From Carcharhinus amblyrhynchos (lineage: Eukaryota), in NCBI GenBank assembly GCA_965287045.1, contig OZ336889.1, forward strand, positions 44,516,001 through 44,580,000: a stretch of 64,000 bases of DNA, given 5' to 3'. The notes beneath the pieces are model-generated. The model was not told where the DNA came from. It saw only the letters and a program-made list of their open reading frames with translations, and did no database searches. The position numbers and the translations under genes are program-made. Shown piece by piece: positions 24,487 through 39,000 of the stretch. Numbering within the stretch: position 1 is the stretch's first letter; every line of letters begins with the position of its first letter.

Positions 24487-24508
24487 TCACGTGACAGGAA
24501 ATTTGCAT
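24487..24508 (+). promoter_or_regulatory. Cluster 2 promoter: E-box TCACGTGA plus octamer ATTTGCAT (24501-24508)
   Basis: Same arrangement as cluster 1. Confidence 0.85.
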
Positions 24509-24629
24509 ACCTAATTCATATTCATTCGCCTTGCGGTGTTTGAGTCTTTTTAAGGAGAGGTTGGAATGGACTCAGAAGCGCGTTCGTGTCACGATTTATT
24601 TTCCTTCTTCCTCTCCCCAAACCTTCACC

Positions 24630-24678
24630 ATGACACAATCGATTGGAGTTCTCGCCGCACTGATACTCTGTTTCCACA
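24630..24678 (+). CDS. IgL cluster 2 exon 1, signal peptide
   Basis: Same leader peptide as cluster 1; donor gtaagt at 24679. Confidence 0.93.
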
Positions 24679-24815
24679 GTAAGTACGGGCGTCGGCCTGA
24701 AGTAACGCTCATTTTTTCACGTTATCTGCTTCTGCGCTTGTGTTTTGACGAACCTGAATTGTGAGCTATATTCAACATTTCACAGTGTGACTGATAATAC
24801 TTTGCATTTCATCAG

Positions 24816-25163
24816 GTACAATTGCGGATCCTGTCCTGACCCAACCAGGATCCATTTCGTCCTCACCGGGAAAAACCGTCACCATCACTTGCACCATGTC
24901 CGGAGGCACCATTAACAGCAACTACGCGGGCTGGTACTGGCAGAAACCCGACAGCGCCCCTGTGCTTGTTTGGTCCGGGTACAATGGTCTGGCTTCGGGT
25001 ATTCCGAATCGATTCGCCGGGTCTGTGGACTCATCGAATAACAAGATGCATTTAACCATCACCAACGTTCAATCGGAGGACGCTGCAGATTATTACTGTG
25101 GTGCTACCCCCAGCGGTGCAAATAGAATCGTTTTCGGGAGTGGAACGAAGTTGAATCTGGGCA
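24816..25163 (+). CDS. IGLV: IgL cluster 2 exon 2, germline-joined VJ (CDR1 GGTINSNYAG; CDR3 GATPSGANRIV)
   Basis: Acceptor tcag| at 24815; open frame through FGSGTKLNLG; donor at 25164. Confidence 0.96.
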
Positions 25164-28100
25164 GTAAGTAAATCACTTAACTCTCCTCTAACATTTGTGA
25201 CGCTTTCTAAATAACAAAATATACTTGGAAACGGTCGGATAGGTGGACTGAATTAGTGCAAATCAAAATGATTGCTCCTAAAATATTGTTATGGGGGATC
25301 TTTGATTCAGCAGCAAATGATATTGCAGTGATAGCTGGGCTCAGAACTTAGGCGATTTTCTGGAGTGTGTTCAGTTATGTGATAGATAAAGGGGCATTTT
25401 AATTACGAGTGAAACTCATTTCACTGGAAGCTCCCGGTCTGATCTGCTGGGACTGGGCAGAATTTTGAACCATCTGATCCAGCCGGCGGTGCGAGGAGAT
25501 GATTGAGAAGGCGATTGCTAGAAAGATGGAATGTTTCCCTTCGCTTAGCCAGTGTTAGGAGTGGAGTGCCCCAGCTGTATGAACACTGCGAGCGGAACTA
25601 TAATTAGCAAGACGATAAACATTTCAAAAGTGAAAAAACAGGCATGCAAATGAGCTAAATGGGGAAGTTTGTACAAGCTACAATCGGCCACCTAGAGTGG
25701 TCTGTAATTCCATGATTGTATGAAGGGACACAGTGGTTCAGGTTCTTTCATACGCTGCCCCTGTAGTCTGCTTTAAAGGGTTAGAATTGCATTCAAAGCG
25801 TTAACATCCGGCTGTTTCATTCCATTTAATGCAAGATTGCATTATGTCTGCGGAATGATAGTGTGGTGACTGGGTGCGACTCACTCCCACTGGTCCCCAA
25901 ACTCACTAAAAACCGTTCAGTTCAAGATTCTCAGCCTAATATTTTGCATTAATCCTGGGTGTCCAAAATAACCATATTGTTGCCGGAATTCCGCCCGTAA
26001 TAATCGACCCTGATTGTTACTGGATCACACAGTAACAAACATCAATGATGTGCGGAATATTTGCTTTCTTCCGAAATTACGGCTCATTTTCTTCCCATCC
26101 AATCAGTTGTTTTGGAATGTCTCGGAATAAGGTTGTCAGGTTTTTGAGTATTGTTGTGGACTCGTTCAGATTGTAGTTGGTTCTAGGACTGTCTGTTAGT
26201 AATAATAGAACAAGAGATGGAGATTACTGCCAATATGATTGATTCATGGAATGTGATCAGAAAGGTAACATTCCTTGCACCTTCCCCCATCAACCCCGCC
26301 TAATATCCACGGATAAAGTGACGGTGAACCGCATTCTCAAACCGATGTTGTCCATGTGTCATAGGTACACCGCAGAGATGTTAGGGAGGGAGTTGAGAGA
26401 TTTTCGCCAGGCGACAGTGAAGGAAAGGCGGTACAGTTCTACTTTGGTATGCTGTGTGGCTTGTTGGGGATTTACCATTTGGTGTTGTAGCCGTGCATCT
26501 GGTGCCCGTGTGTTCGTCCAGTGGAAGACATGGCTGTTTTGGAAGCTGTTGTCGGAGTTCCGGCAGTGTAACTTATAGATATCCACACTGTAGCTCCTGT
26601 GCGTCAATGAGGGAGAAAAGCAATATAAGATATTCGCAGAATCATAGAATGGTATATCTTTGGAAAATTGTTGCAATCTCCTTGGCCAATCGTGTCTGCA
26701 CTGCTTCACAAGTAACAATCTGACATTTATTCATTAGCCTTTAAATTACACATTCTATGTTCGTTTAAGTGACCATTAATTTGCCAATAACAGCCTCTCC
26801 GGCAGTAGGTTCCACATCCCCTAAACCCTCTGGGTGAAACTATTCCCTTCCAATTTCCGCGAAACCTTCTACTTCTAACGACAAATCCAAGTCCTGTTCT
26901 TATCGATCCCTCAACCATTGGCAATACTGTTTTCCGATCCATTCTGCCCAGACACCTCAGAATATTATGCCTTCAAATGGATTTACTTTCAGCCTCGTCT
27001 GTTCCGAAGAAAAGGGACAATTCAATGCTTACTTATAACTAAACATTCCATTCCAGCCGACATCCCTCTAGATCTCCCTGTACTCGTTCTCGTACAATTA
27101 CATCTTTCCTATGCGTCTTTCCAGCAGTTTCAGCATAACCTTAAATTTCTAACAATCTCTACCTCAGCTTATAAATGTAAATGCCTCCTATGCCTTCTTT
27201 GCTACTATATCCAGTTGCTCAGCCGCCTTCAGAATCTGTGGACCTGCGTTTTCTGTTCACTAATTTTCTCTACATTTCTCGGCATTTTCCCATCTGTACA
27301 GTGTACTCGCTTGTCTTGTTGGTCTTCCTGAAGTGCAGTTCCTCACACTTTTCGGCATTTAATTCCATTTGTCGCCGGTGCACTAATCTAATCAGTCCAT
27401 TGTCTTCCTGCATTATCCAGCTTTCTTGTTTGCAACCACACTGCCAAATTTGTATCATCGAACATCATACAGGCACTCATTGATATACGGACCCTTTGTT
27501 CCCTGCCTCTGAGCCAATTTCGGATCCAACCTGTTCATCCTATGTGTGAACTTAACAAGGGCCTTGCTCAAATCCGTGTAGACTATACCAAAAATATTGC
27601 CATCATTCACCGCTTCATGCTACCTGCTCAAAAATACCAATTAACGCTATGGGGTGAGATTTTCCGGCAACGAAGCCGTGATCGCCATATTTGATTATGC
27701 CGCTTTATTCCATTAGTTCTCCCTTCAGAGAGGTTAGGTTCACTGGTCCATAATTATGCCACCCGCCTTTCGCCCTTTGACAATTTCATCTCTCTTCCTG
27801 CCTCCGAGAGTCAAACCTGCTCCGGTCCCGATTGGAAAGCTGTGGTCAGGGTCTCTTCCCTTCTCAATCTTACTTTCCCTTTTTTATTACATGCTTCTTC
27901 AAGTCATTTGCTTACTGGGCGATATTACGGTTAAATGGACCAGCATGAGGCAAAAAGGGAAAAAATGCTTTTGAATATTGAGTTATTACTTTAAGAAATC
28001 AGATCTGGTGAAAATGCCGGTGTAAAAATAATTCACTTAAGTCCACTAAATAGAAGTCGATCTTCACACTTTCTCATCGGTGCAAACATTTGAGATGATC

Positions 28101-29491
28101 CAGCGAAACTCTCGGGGGCGCAGGAAGAAGATGCCAGTTTTGAAATAAGGGCTTGCGGCATTTGTCTGCCGACTCAGTTTCAACATCCAAATTACATTCC
28201 AACAAAAATATAAGACCAATTTCTAGCTCCAAAGACAATCGATTTTTTACCGACAGCGACAAAACCCATATTGCTGTTGTAGCCGACATGATACCTCAAT
28301 GTCAGGGCGAATTGTAAAAGGTTAGCCTGATACTTTTAGTTTGAAATGGATATTTATATCTGAACCCTTTCTTCGAAGCCTTACAATATATTAACGTATT
28401 TACTGAGCGTTTCGCCATTGACTGTGATAGATGGTAACTTAAGCGGTAAATGGTCACTTAAAGAGACAAGATTCTGACACAACGCCCTTTCAGCTTTGCG
28501 AATATCGACTCATGTCAAAGGAACGAAAATGCAAATCTGCATTGACTTAGCGCCGACCACGGCCTCAGAAATCCTCACAATTAAGTGTGAAGTAGAATCA
28601 TTCTTCCGATGTCAGAATCATGGCTCCCTACCTAAGCACATAAAGATCTCACAGTCCATCTGCTTTGACGACAAGGTGTGTGAGATAAATAATTATGAGG
28701 ACATGTTTGATTTATTACTGGCCTTTTGAGGGTGTCATTAAGTTATGTTGTTATATATTAGAATTGTTTACAATATTTATTAGAAACTCTTCCTCTCAGC
28801 TGCAACAAATCGTTTGTGACACTCCATTCCGAAAAAATGTCTCCAAACATTTCCATTGCGACCGGGAGATATTTGTTAAGATTTACGCTGCATCGTCACT
28901 GTTGGTCTGGGCGGGACACGGTGTAAAGCCGTAGCAAAGAATGTTCACAAACCCAAATATCAGTCCAGTCTGTAGGACTTGCGTCAGGGAAGTAACTGGT
29001 GACAGAAGCAAACAATCGATTTCATTGTTTAGAATCGAGGTTTTGGAGTTGCAAACTCCAGAAATGTAGCCGTCAGCATAGGTTCCAATATTGACCCCAA
29101 ATTCTGAGTGATTAGTGTTATTCTGAAATTCTCGGTGTTCGCGACATTGGCTCGGACTGCGTTGCCTCAGATCACACGTGGATGTATTGAAACTCCCTTC
29201 CTATTTTTCTCTTTAATATTTCAAACTCCACTATTTCCTTTCGATCAGATTTTATTTGTATGTTCCTGTCCTTTCAGGGAAAAAAGAATAACCTTCTCAG
29301 GTTGTATATGTTCTAGAAACAGAGTCCCGGCCTTTTTGCATTTGGCATCAATAAGACTCCAATGTATAAAATCTATACATTCTTGTAGAATAATACCGAC
29401 TTAAAAAAAACAATTTGAAGAAGGTGGAACAATGACTCAGTCATTTATGCTGATTTTTAATGGATGTGCGATCCTTGTCTCTACTTTCCAG

Positions 29492-29814
29492 GTCCACGGA
29501 GCCCCACTGTGTCTCTCCTTCCGCCTTCATCGGATCAAATCACAGCGAAGAACATGGCGACCCTGGTGTGTTTGGTGAGCGGTTTTAACCCGGGAGCTGC
29601 GGAGATTGAATGGACTGTCGATGGCAGCGTCAGAGGGAATGGGGTTGAGACCAGTCGAATCCAGCAGGAGGCGGACAACACGTTCAGTGTGAGCAGTTAT
29701 CTGACTCTGTCAGCCTCAGAGTGGAACTCACACGAGCTTTACTCCTGTGTGGTTAAACACGAGACTCAAGCAAACCCGCTTCAAACAAGCATCTCCAGAT
29801 CCAGCTGTATGTGA
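29492..29814 (+). CDS. IGLC: IgL cluster 2 exon 3, constant domain (intact; one D>E difference from cluster 1)
   Basis: Acceptor ttccag| at 29491; full C1-set domain ending SRSSCM*. Confidence 0.96.
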
Positions 29815-29867
29815 TACATGCATCGAAAGCGTTTTTGTATTTTGCCGTTAGTAAAGTTTTATTTCTG

Positions 29868-30014
29868 AATAAATTCGGCAAATAGTGGAACATTTCAAAC
29901 AGTTCATCACAGTTTGTAGCAGATCGGCTGATTCCCTTAATTTCAATTTAACTGTGTTCACTCTGAATGGATCAAAGCTTCAGTGTAATGTCATTGATAC
30001 TGCTGTGTAATAAA
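29868..30014 (+). terminator. Polyadenylation signals AATAAA at 29868-29873 and 30009-30014
   Basis: Same positions as in cluster 1. Confidence 0.65.
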
Positions 30015-33000
30015 ATCATTGTACCGTTATCGCAACTAATGTTCTGTTATTCTCTCTCTTCCCCTGAAAAACAAGTAATGGTAACATTCTAAAAGGAATT
30101 AAATAGTGAGATTATATCATTGTGATATTCTGCACATTTTGTTTAAATTCAGTGACATCCAGGCGCAACAAGGAGACGATGGATGACATTAAATTGAAGT
30201 AATATTGCAATATTTTTTAATGGACTGAGTTACATTCTGGTATTGTGATGAAAGGGCAGAACTGCGAATACAGATTACTAAAATACATTAAAGGGCAGAC
30301 AGTTCTTATCCTCCTGGTTCCAAAATTTCAGGACAAACGCTTGTCACTGTCCCATTTTTTAATACACCAGATGCAATGCAAGTTCTGGAACAGCTGGTTA
30401 TTTTTTAGTAAGCTCACCGATTATTTTAATTGGCCTATAATGATTATACTGAAGCAGGCGCTTTACTAACAAGTCACCCAAATGCATTTTCAGTGACTCA
30501 AACCAGTTCAGGACCAAGTCTGTTTTTTTTATATAATTCCTCTTCACACGAATAACAAAGTCGATAGGTCACCCCTTTGATACATCGTTGTTTTATTTCT
30601 TCAGTTAGATTTGGGCTTGCAAGACATAAATTGTTAAAAGTAGCAAGAAGTTGCGCAGTTGGTAAAAAGTGCAAAAAAATGGTGCTGGTGCACTTACAGA
30701 AGAACAAAACAAAACATTGGGGGATTTCTGAGAATTTTTTAGAATTACACTCATCTATGGTCTACATACTTCAAAACTGTTCTTGTAGGATATGAGAAAG
30801 TGTAGAAACTATTTACCAGATTTTTACTCGAATTGGGACTATGTAACTATCAGGAAAATGAATTTGTTGGGTTGTTTTCGCTGAGAAGAGGATGCGGAGG
30901 TGTGATAGGCGGGTTTAATGTTAGGAAAAGGTGTGATACGTTAACACACAGAAAGATTTTCAACTGTGAGTTAGTGTGAAACAGTGAGACATAAAAGAGA
31001 AGCGGAGACAGGACGAATAAATAATTTATTTGAATGTATAAGTCGGGAATTTGCTGTGGGCAGGAGAGGGAAAGTACAAGGATTTGTTCTCTGATTAGCT
31101 GAATAAGACAATATAGATTCCTGAGGATCATTCATCACATCATAGAAGCCCTACAGCACTGAAAGAGGCCATTCCGCCCATCGAGTCTGCACCAACCGCA
31201 ATCCCACCCAGGCCCTACCCCTATATCCCTACATATTTTACCCACTAGTCCCTCTACACTACCCATCCTAGGACACTAAGAGGCTATTTTAAGCATGGTC
31301 AATCGACGTAACCCGCACTGGGCTTAAAAATGGGCAAGTCCCCTCGCGGCTTTATAGAAGCTTAGTTCGGCCAAACTTGAAATATAGTGTTCAATGCTGG
31401 TCGTCACACTACTAGAAGGACATGGAGGCTTTGGAGAGGGTACAAAAAAATTCCCAGGATGTTGCCTGGTATGGAGGGCATCAGCAATGAGGAGGGCTTG
31501 GAGAAACTTGGATTGTTCCCACTGGAAAGACGGAGGTTGAGGGGTGACCTGATAGAAGAGTGTGAGAGACATGGACAGCGCGGATAACCAGATGCCTTTT
31601 CCAGGGTGGAAGAGTCAATTACTAGAGGACACATGTTTAAGATTCGACGGGCAAAGTTTAGAGGAGATGTTGGAGGCAGAATTTTCACACAGAGGGTGAT
31701 GGGTGCCTGGAACTCGCCGTTCCGGGAGGTAGTGGAAGCAGATACGATAGTGACTTTTAAGGAGCGTCTTGTCAAACACATGGATAGAACGGGATTAGAA
31801 GGATATGGTCCCTGGAGGGTAGGGGGTATTAGTTAAGTCGAGTAGCATGGTCGGTGCAGGCTTGGACGGCCGAAGGACTGTTCCTACGCTGCAATTTCCT
31901 TGTTCTTTGCTCCAATAATATAATCCAGAACAAAATAGAGCATACACTTTTCTTAGAGTGAAGCTATTTTGGAGTGAAATGAAGAAATACTGCTTCGCGC
32001 GCATTAGAGTTGACTCGGATGTTTTTCTCATATATCCCCTCATTCCGGTCACAACTCATTTTCTCCATTAGGCCCATGTTGACCATGTTTCCACTAAATT
32101 ACTGACCATCGAACTTTGTTTTTTTTGCCCCCACTTTGGTTGATGTCACTAACTGCTATCTCTCCTCAGATACTGTTCTTACTTTCACACCGATTACAAT
32201 CAAACTTCTCCTTGAAAGCAGCCTTGTTCCTCTTTCCTTGTAAGCTACTACCGATGTTCAGATAACATTTCCTCTCTAAACTACTTGAAGATATTACCAA
32301 CCCCAAATCCATAATATTGTTCCAACAATTCCAGCATTGAATCCCCACAATCGCATTTCTGCTTCTGCCACAATACTGATATGTCCCTTATCAAAGTTAA
32401 ATTCTATTCAACTGTAACGATAGCAAACTATTACAGTTTTTTTTCAGTTTTAAAGTTTTTTTTGGCAGATTCCTTATCATTGTCAGAAGTAGACTTACAG
32501 CTATCGGTTGTAATTCAAACTGCAATTACTGCAATGAAGTTATTGTGAAAGTTTCCTAGTCGCCACACCCCGGCACCTGTACGGGTCCAATGAGAGAGAA
32601 TTTAGCATCGCCAAAGCACCTAATCAGCCCATCTTTCGGACTGTGGGAGGCAACGGAGCACCCACACAGATATGGGAAGAACGTGCAGACTGTGACCCAA
32701 GCCGGACATCGAAACCGGGTTCTTGGCGCTGTGAGGCAGAAGTTCTAACCGCCGTGGCGCCCTACTGCTTGTTCTTTTTGCATTGGCGTCGGTCTTTGAC
32801 ACGATTCCACACACGATCCAACAAGTCTCCATCGTTCGTCAGTTGCTTGGACATATTCACATGACCTGGTTCTTTTATTATTTATCAGAGAATATCCACA
32901 GATTTGTCTGCAATGTCTTCTCTTCCTTCTTCCATGCCAGCAACTCAACGATATGTCCCTGGCCCCATTCTTTTTCCCATCCACATGTTCCCCTTGTCGG

Positions 33001-36000
33001 CATCATCTCAAAGCACATCAGACTTTTTATGCACTCTGAAAGCACGTAGCTCTATCTCACCATCGTGTCACAAAGAATTCTACTGTGATGATCAGAAATC
33101 TCCTCCAACTATTGGGAAGAATAAATTCGTTGTGCAGCGAGGGCCTCTTTGAGCCTATTGAGGCCTTTAAGTGACCTATTAAGAATCAGTCAAGTGCATC
33201 ATCCTGTCCGCACTACAATTATTCGCCTGGTTGGGACCGGACTATGTCAAGACAATAATCTAACAGGCGGAGCTTAGTGTTGGTGCCCGGCAAGGGGAAC
33301 CCCACCAATTCCCTCAGTGGGATTTGGAAATCGGCTGCACCAAAGCCCCAAGAACCTCTGTTATTTGGCCTACATCAGGTCTCATCTTTCGAGACCAGTT
33401 GTAATCCGAACTGTCGCCGCCGCTCGAACCTACAGAGTTGCTGCACCTACGGTTGGCCGTCAGTCCCCTGAGGTGGTTACTCCTCCGCAGAACGGTGTGC
33501 ATGTCTTGCTTATGGCTGATTTCTGCCCCCACCATATATCCAGTGACTGCGGAGCGCACAGAATGAGCGGGGAAGTGAGTTGGCGGAGCAGACAAACCGA
33601 CTCTCCCAAAGACCCTGCCCTTGCAACTGAAGGCTCCAGCGAATGTTTGCCTTGGCTGTAAAGTCCAGATTAGACTCAGCATCAGTGGACAATCGTTTAG
33701 GATAGAACAAAGAGAAGTGACGATGGCCAGTTAATCCAAGGCATTCTCTCGCAATAATCTTTCAATTGTTCTTCGCTTCACATGTAATTTCTATTAATAT
33801 TTAGAAGAGTCTTCCGAATCTTTTCGTCATCATTTAAACTTTTGCATTCCTGATCATAAAAAACTGGCTATGTAACTTTGTGTCCCCAGCTAAAGAAAAA
33901 TATGTGAACATAGAAAGGATAAACACCTGGTTCCCTCCATAGGGAAAAACAATTGATAAATGACTTAGGAACTTTATATTGAGCTCAGTGCCCAAACATT
34001 TCACTGAAGAATACAACACAAAAATACCATTGACCCAGTGTGCTCTTTGAAAGATCTATCCAAGTAATCGCACTCCAGTGCTCGATTAGCATTTCATGCA
34101 AACACCGGTGTTATTAATCTATCCGATCTTCATCCTGAAGTTATAATTGGATCGATTTCCTATGTTCTTCCAGTGAAATTCAGGTCAACAAAGCTCATTG
34201 AATATATTTTCATCTGGCACCTTTGGAGGCTCAATTTTCACTCTGTTTCTGTCTCCACAGATGCTTCCAGACCAGCTGATTTGTTTCCCAAATACTCTGG
34301 GGGGTTTTAGTTACTTCTTGCCTTTGGCACTGTGGCACAGTGCTTAACATTGCTAATTCTCCCTCAGTGTACCCAAACAGGCGCCGGACTATAACGACTG
34401 GGGGATTTCACGATAACTTTATTGCACTGTTAATGTACGCCTACTCATGACACTAATGCACCAATTTGAAATTGTAAAGTTAAACGATAAAAGAACGTAC
34501 AAAGAGTGGGCGACAGTCCGATAGAAATTGAGTCTGGGGAATTTGTAGCAAATGAAATGATTGCAGATGAAGAGGACAGGCATTTTGCTTTAGTCTTCAT
34601 TGTAGAGGATACAAATTGCACCGTAGAAATAGTTGTAGAGCAGGAAATGGAAGAGAAGGACTCAAGAAAATTATAATGTCATCAAGGACGTTTTTGAAGA
34701 TGTCGGTGGCTAAGTCCTCAGATCCTGATAGCTTTCACCGAAGGTCTTAAAAGGAGTGACAACTGAGACAATTGATAAGTTGGTTTTAATGTTCCAAAAT
34801 TCCCCAGATTCTGCGGAATTCGTTTGATTGGGAAAAGCGACTGTAATACCTTAATGCAATAGGAAAAAACGACCTATAACGGTAAATAACACATGTTAGT
34901 TGAACAACACCAGTTAGCTGGACATGTGATATATCAGGAAAACGTTAGCAGCGGTTATTAAGGTTTGATAGCAGGGCACAGGAGTAAACTCACGGTAACC
35001 AGATAAAGCCAACACAGTTTTGTCAAAGGGAAGTCATGTTCAATCAATTTACTGGAGTGATTTGAAGAAGTAACAAGCTATGGATATAGGGGAGCAGGTA
35101 GATGTACTGTGTTTTCCAGTAAGTATTTGATAAGATGTCACAGCAAAGGGTATTGCGGAAAATAAGAGTTTATGGCGTGGGAACATGGACAGAAAATTTG
35201 CGAGCGAATAGGAAACAGAGAAAAGGCAAAAAAGACAATTTTGTGATTCGCAAGGTGTAAGGGGTGGTGTGCTACCGTGATCAGTGCTGTGGCCTCAACT
35301 CTTTACAATTTATATAAATAATGGTATGTTTTCAATATGGTACCAGGTATGTTCTTGCTTTCTGCTACGTTTTACATATGCTCTGATATTCGCCTCTTCT
35401 TCCCCCAAATTCCTTCACTCCTGGCCTCTAATTCTCATCTGTAAATATCTCCGTAAATGAAAACAAAACTTCTGCCACTGTCGCTTTGGCCTTACTTCAC
35501 TGTTGTTTTGAAACCATTTCAGGTGAACGGGCTTTTCTGTAACACGTAAACCAATCTGGTCAGGAGTTCATCATCGATACCACTGCGAACAGCGTGTCAC
35601 CAATATGGCTGGTCATGTATTGTGCACGTGTTTCCCTAATAGCACAAATGTTTTTGATTTGATTTATTACTATTTTATGTAATAGTATACAGCGACAAGT
35701 ATTTTTTCTTACATGCTTTACCGACAAAGCATACCGTTCATACAGAAGGAACAGAGACAGTGCAGAATGTAGTGCAACAATCGCAACGAGGGTGTGGAGA
35801 AACATCAACTTAATGCGAGCTAGGTCCATTCAAAAGTCTGAGGGCAGCAGGGAAGAAGCCGTTCTTAACTTGGTTGGTACGTGTCCTCAGACTTCTGTGT
35901 GTGTACCCGATGGAAAACATGGAGTCACAGATGTATTCAGTAAGGATGGCAGATTTCCTGCCGGGAATGATGTTAATGAAGCGAATGTTTTTTTTCAGCA

Positions 36001-39000
36001 ATTCAGTAGTTTCATTGTTAACATTATTATAACTGGTTTTGTTCAAGATTTATTGCCAGATACCATGATGGGATTTAGAATCATTGCTTGTTCCCGGACT
36101 CTGCAATACTAATCCGGCAATTAGTCGCCGGTCTTTGGCGTCCGGCATGCTTTACAGTGTTGGTTCCTGCTCCCTTGTTTGAGCCTACGCGTGCACCTGT
36201 CTTCGAAACGTTTGAAATGCATCATAAAAGTAGGGATCGGATTTACGCTTAATTTACTAGAGACTGAACACCGAACACAGCAGTGCGGATAACCCTTTGC
36301 AGAAATTGTGTTTCTCACTTCAAAAGTGCTGCCAGATCTCCCGAATTTATCCTGAATTTTATGTTATAATTGTCATTTCATTCTCCATGCTTGCTATTGG
36401 ACTATGCACAAGAGATGAAAGAAACCTAAAACGAATTCGAATGAACCTGGGCGCGTTTTGCGCCTGAACCAGCAGGTGGCAATACTGCAGTTGATATGCC
36501 AAGCACAGTATTATTACATGAAGTGGATATGCGGCGAAAAATATCTGAAAATATCAATTCCTGGCAAAATACGTGGACACTTGGAAAATAGGGATTCGGA
36601 CATGAAAGTCGTTTTCAGAATATTCCCATTAGGTATTGTCAATTAATTTGGATGTTTAATGTGTTCCCATTTTTCATGGTGAATATCCACAACATCAGAA
36701 AATCCGAATGATGAGATGCAGTAAGAATCTAGTGTCACTAAATGTGTTACTATCACTTCCTTTCCTGCGTCATTCACTAAAGATAATGCTGCCAGCGCCA
36801 CATTAATGGATCCGAAGTTTCAGAAATTTGATAGGATAAAAATAGACAAAAAGGGCGCAAATACGAATCATACGATCATATGAATTGGAATGAAGATCAT
36901 GTCTAAGATCGTGGCTGATGAGATCGTGGGCTCCACCCGACATTCGGTCCACCCCTATGCTCTTTGGGTCCCTTTTCAATCAGAAATCTATCGAATTCTG
37001 CATTTTTAATGGGATGTGGGCATCGCTGGTGAGACCAGCATTTATTCCTCACCGCTAATTACCCTTGAAAAGATGGTGATGAACTGCTTTGTTGAATCAG
37101 CGCCGTCCCTGTGGGCTAAGTAAACAATATATCCCCAGGTCAATTTGCGAATGACTTGGAGGAAAGTGCTAAGGTGGTGGTGTTCCCATGTGTCTGCTGC
37201 CCTTGTCCTTCTGGACGGGAGTGGTGAGATTTTGTAAGGTATGGCCCATGGACATTGAATGGGTTTTTGCAATGCATCGTGAAGATGGTACTCACTGCTG
37301 CCACTGTTCATCGTGAAGGGGGCAGTTTGTGGAAGAGGTGCCAGTCAACTTTTGTCCTGGATGATGTGAGCTTCTTGAAAGTTATAGAAGCTGCACTCTC
37401 CTGGCGAGTGCAAATATTCCATCACAATACTGACTTGTGCCTCGCAGATGGTGGACAGACTTGGGAGTCAGGAAGTGAGACACTTGCAACAGGATTCATG
37501 CCCTCTGACCTGCTCTTGGAGCCACCATATTTAAATCTCAAGACAAGTTCAGTTTCTGGTCAATGGTCGGCCTTAGGAAGTCGACAGTGGCGGCATTACC
37601 GTTGAAAGTCAAAGGACAATGATTAGTTGTTGATTGGTCATTTCCTGGCACTACTTTGTCCCGAAGGATACTTGCCACTTGCCAACCCAAGCTTGGATAT
37701 TGTCCTGGACTTCCTGCATTTGGGCATGGACGGCTGCATTCTCTGAGGGTGCAGGAATGGTACTGTACACTATGCGATCATCCCCATTGCTGACATTATG
37801 ATGCAAGGAACGTTATTGATAGAGCAGCTGAAGATAGTTGGGCCTAGGATAGCATCTTGGGAAACTCTTGCAGAGAAGTATGCAAATTAGAGGATTGAAC
37901 TCCAACCACAGCAAGACTCTTCGCCTGTGCCAGGTATGACCCCAGCCAGCATAGAAATTTCCCTCTAAATCTAATTGACTCCATTATTCCTCGAGCTCCT
38001 TAATTCCACCCGTGCTGCCTTGACGTCAAAGACAGTCACTTCACATCTGACATTCAATTACACTTGTCCATGTTTGACTCAAAGTTGTACTGAAGTCAGG
38101 CGCTGAGTGACTAACGGAATCCAAACTATGTGTCCGTGAGTAGGTTCCTGCTAAATTCCTGCCGTTTGATTGCGCTGTTAATGACCCCTTCCATCAACTT
38201 GCTGATGATCTGGAGTGGCCTGATGGTTGATGAATAAGGTTAGAGATGCCCTTCTTTTTGCATAGAGGACATAACTGGGCAATTTTCTGCAATGACGGGT
38301 AGATGCCAGTGTAGTAGACGCCCTGAAACAACTTGACAGGCGGGGCGGCATGGTCTGGAGCTCAAGTCTTCAGAACTGTGGACAGAATATTTTTAGGGCC
38401 CAAAGCCTTTGCAGTATCCAACAGCGTTCGGGCATTTCTTGGTATCACGTGGAGCGCATTGAATTGGCTGAAGCTTAACATCCGCGATGTTGACCATTTC
38501 TTTAGAAGGCCAAGATGGATCATCCACTCGGCAGATGTGACAGGAGATTGTTGCGAAGGCTTTAGCCTTATCTTTTTCACTGATCATTGAGGATAGGCAC
38601 ATCTGTGATGTCTTCTCTTCCAGTGAGTTGTTTAATTATCCACTACCATTCACGATGGGATATTCCTGGTAAACAGAGTTCCACAGACTAATGTCTTTTA
38701 CGGAAAGTGAAATTCTCTTAATCCCCATCTCAACTGGAAAACCTCCTATTTTAATTCATGTCCCCTCCTTCTAGTCTACTTGGAGGAGAGGCACTTCCTC
38801 AGCATTCGCCGTCTCAACTTCCCTCGGGATAGTAGGTGTTTCAGCAGGATCACATTGAATTCTCCTAAACTCTAATGGGTACAAGACACAACTCTCCAAC
38901 CGTTCCCAATATGATATCCCTTTCATCTGAAGGGGGCACCTTTCTCCGAATGTTGCTGGTGCTATTGTATCCGTTCTGAGGTACCCGGGCTAACAGGAAA

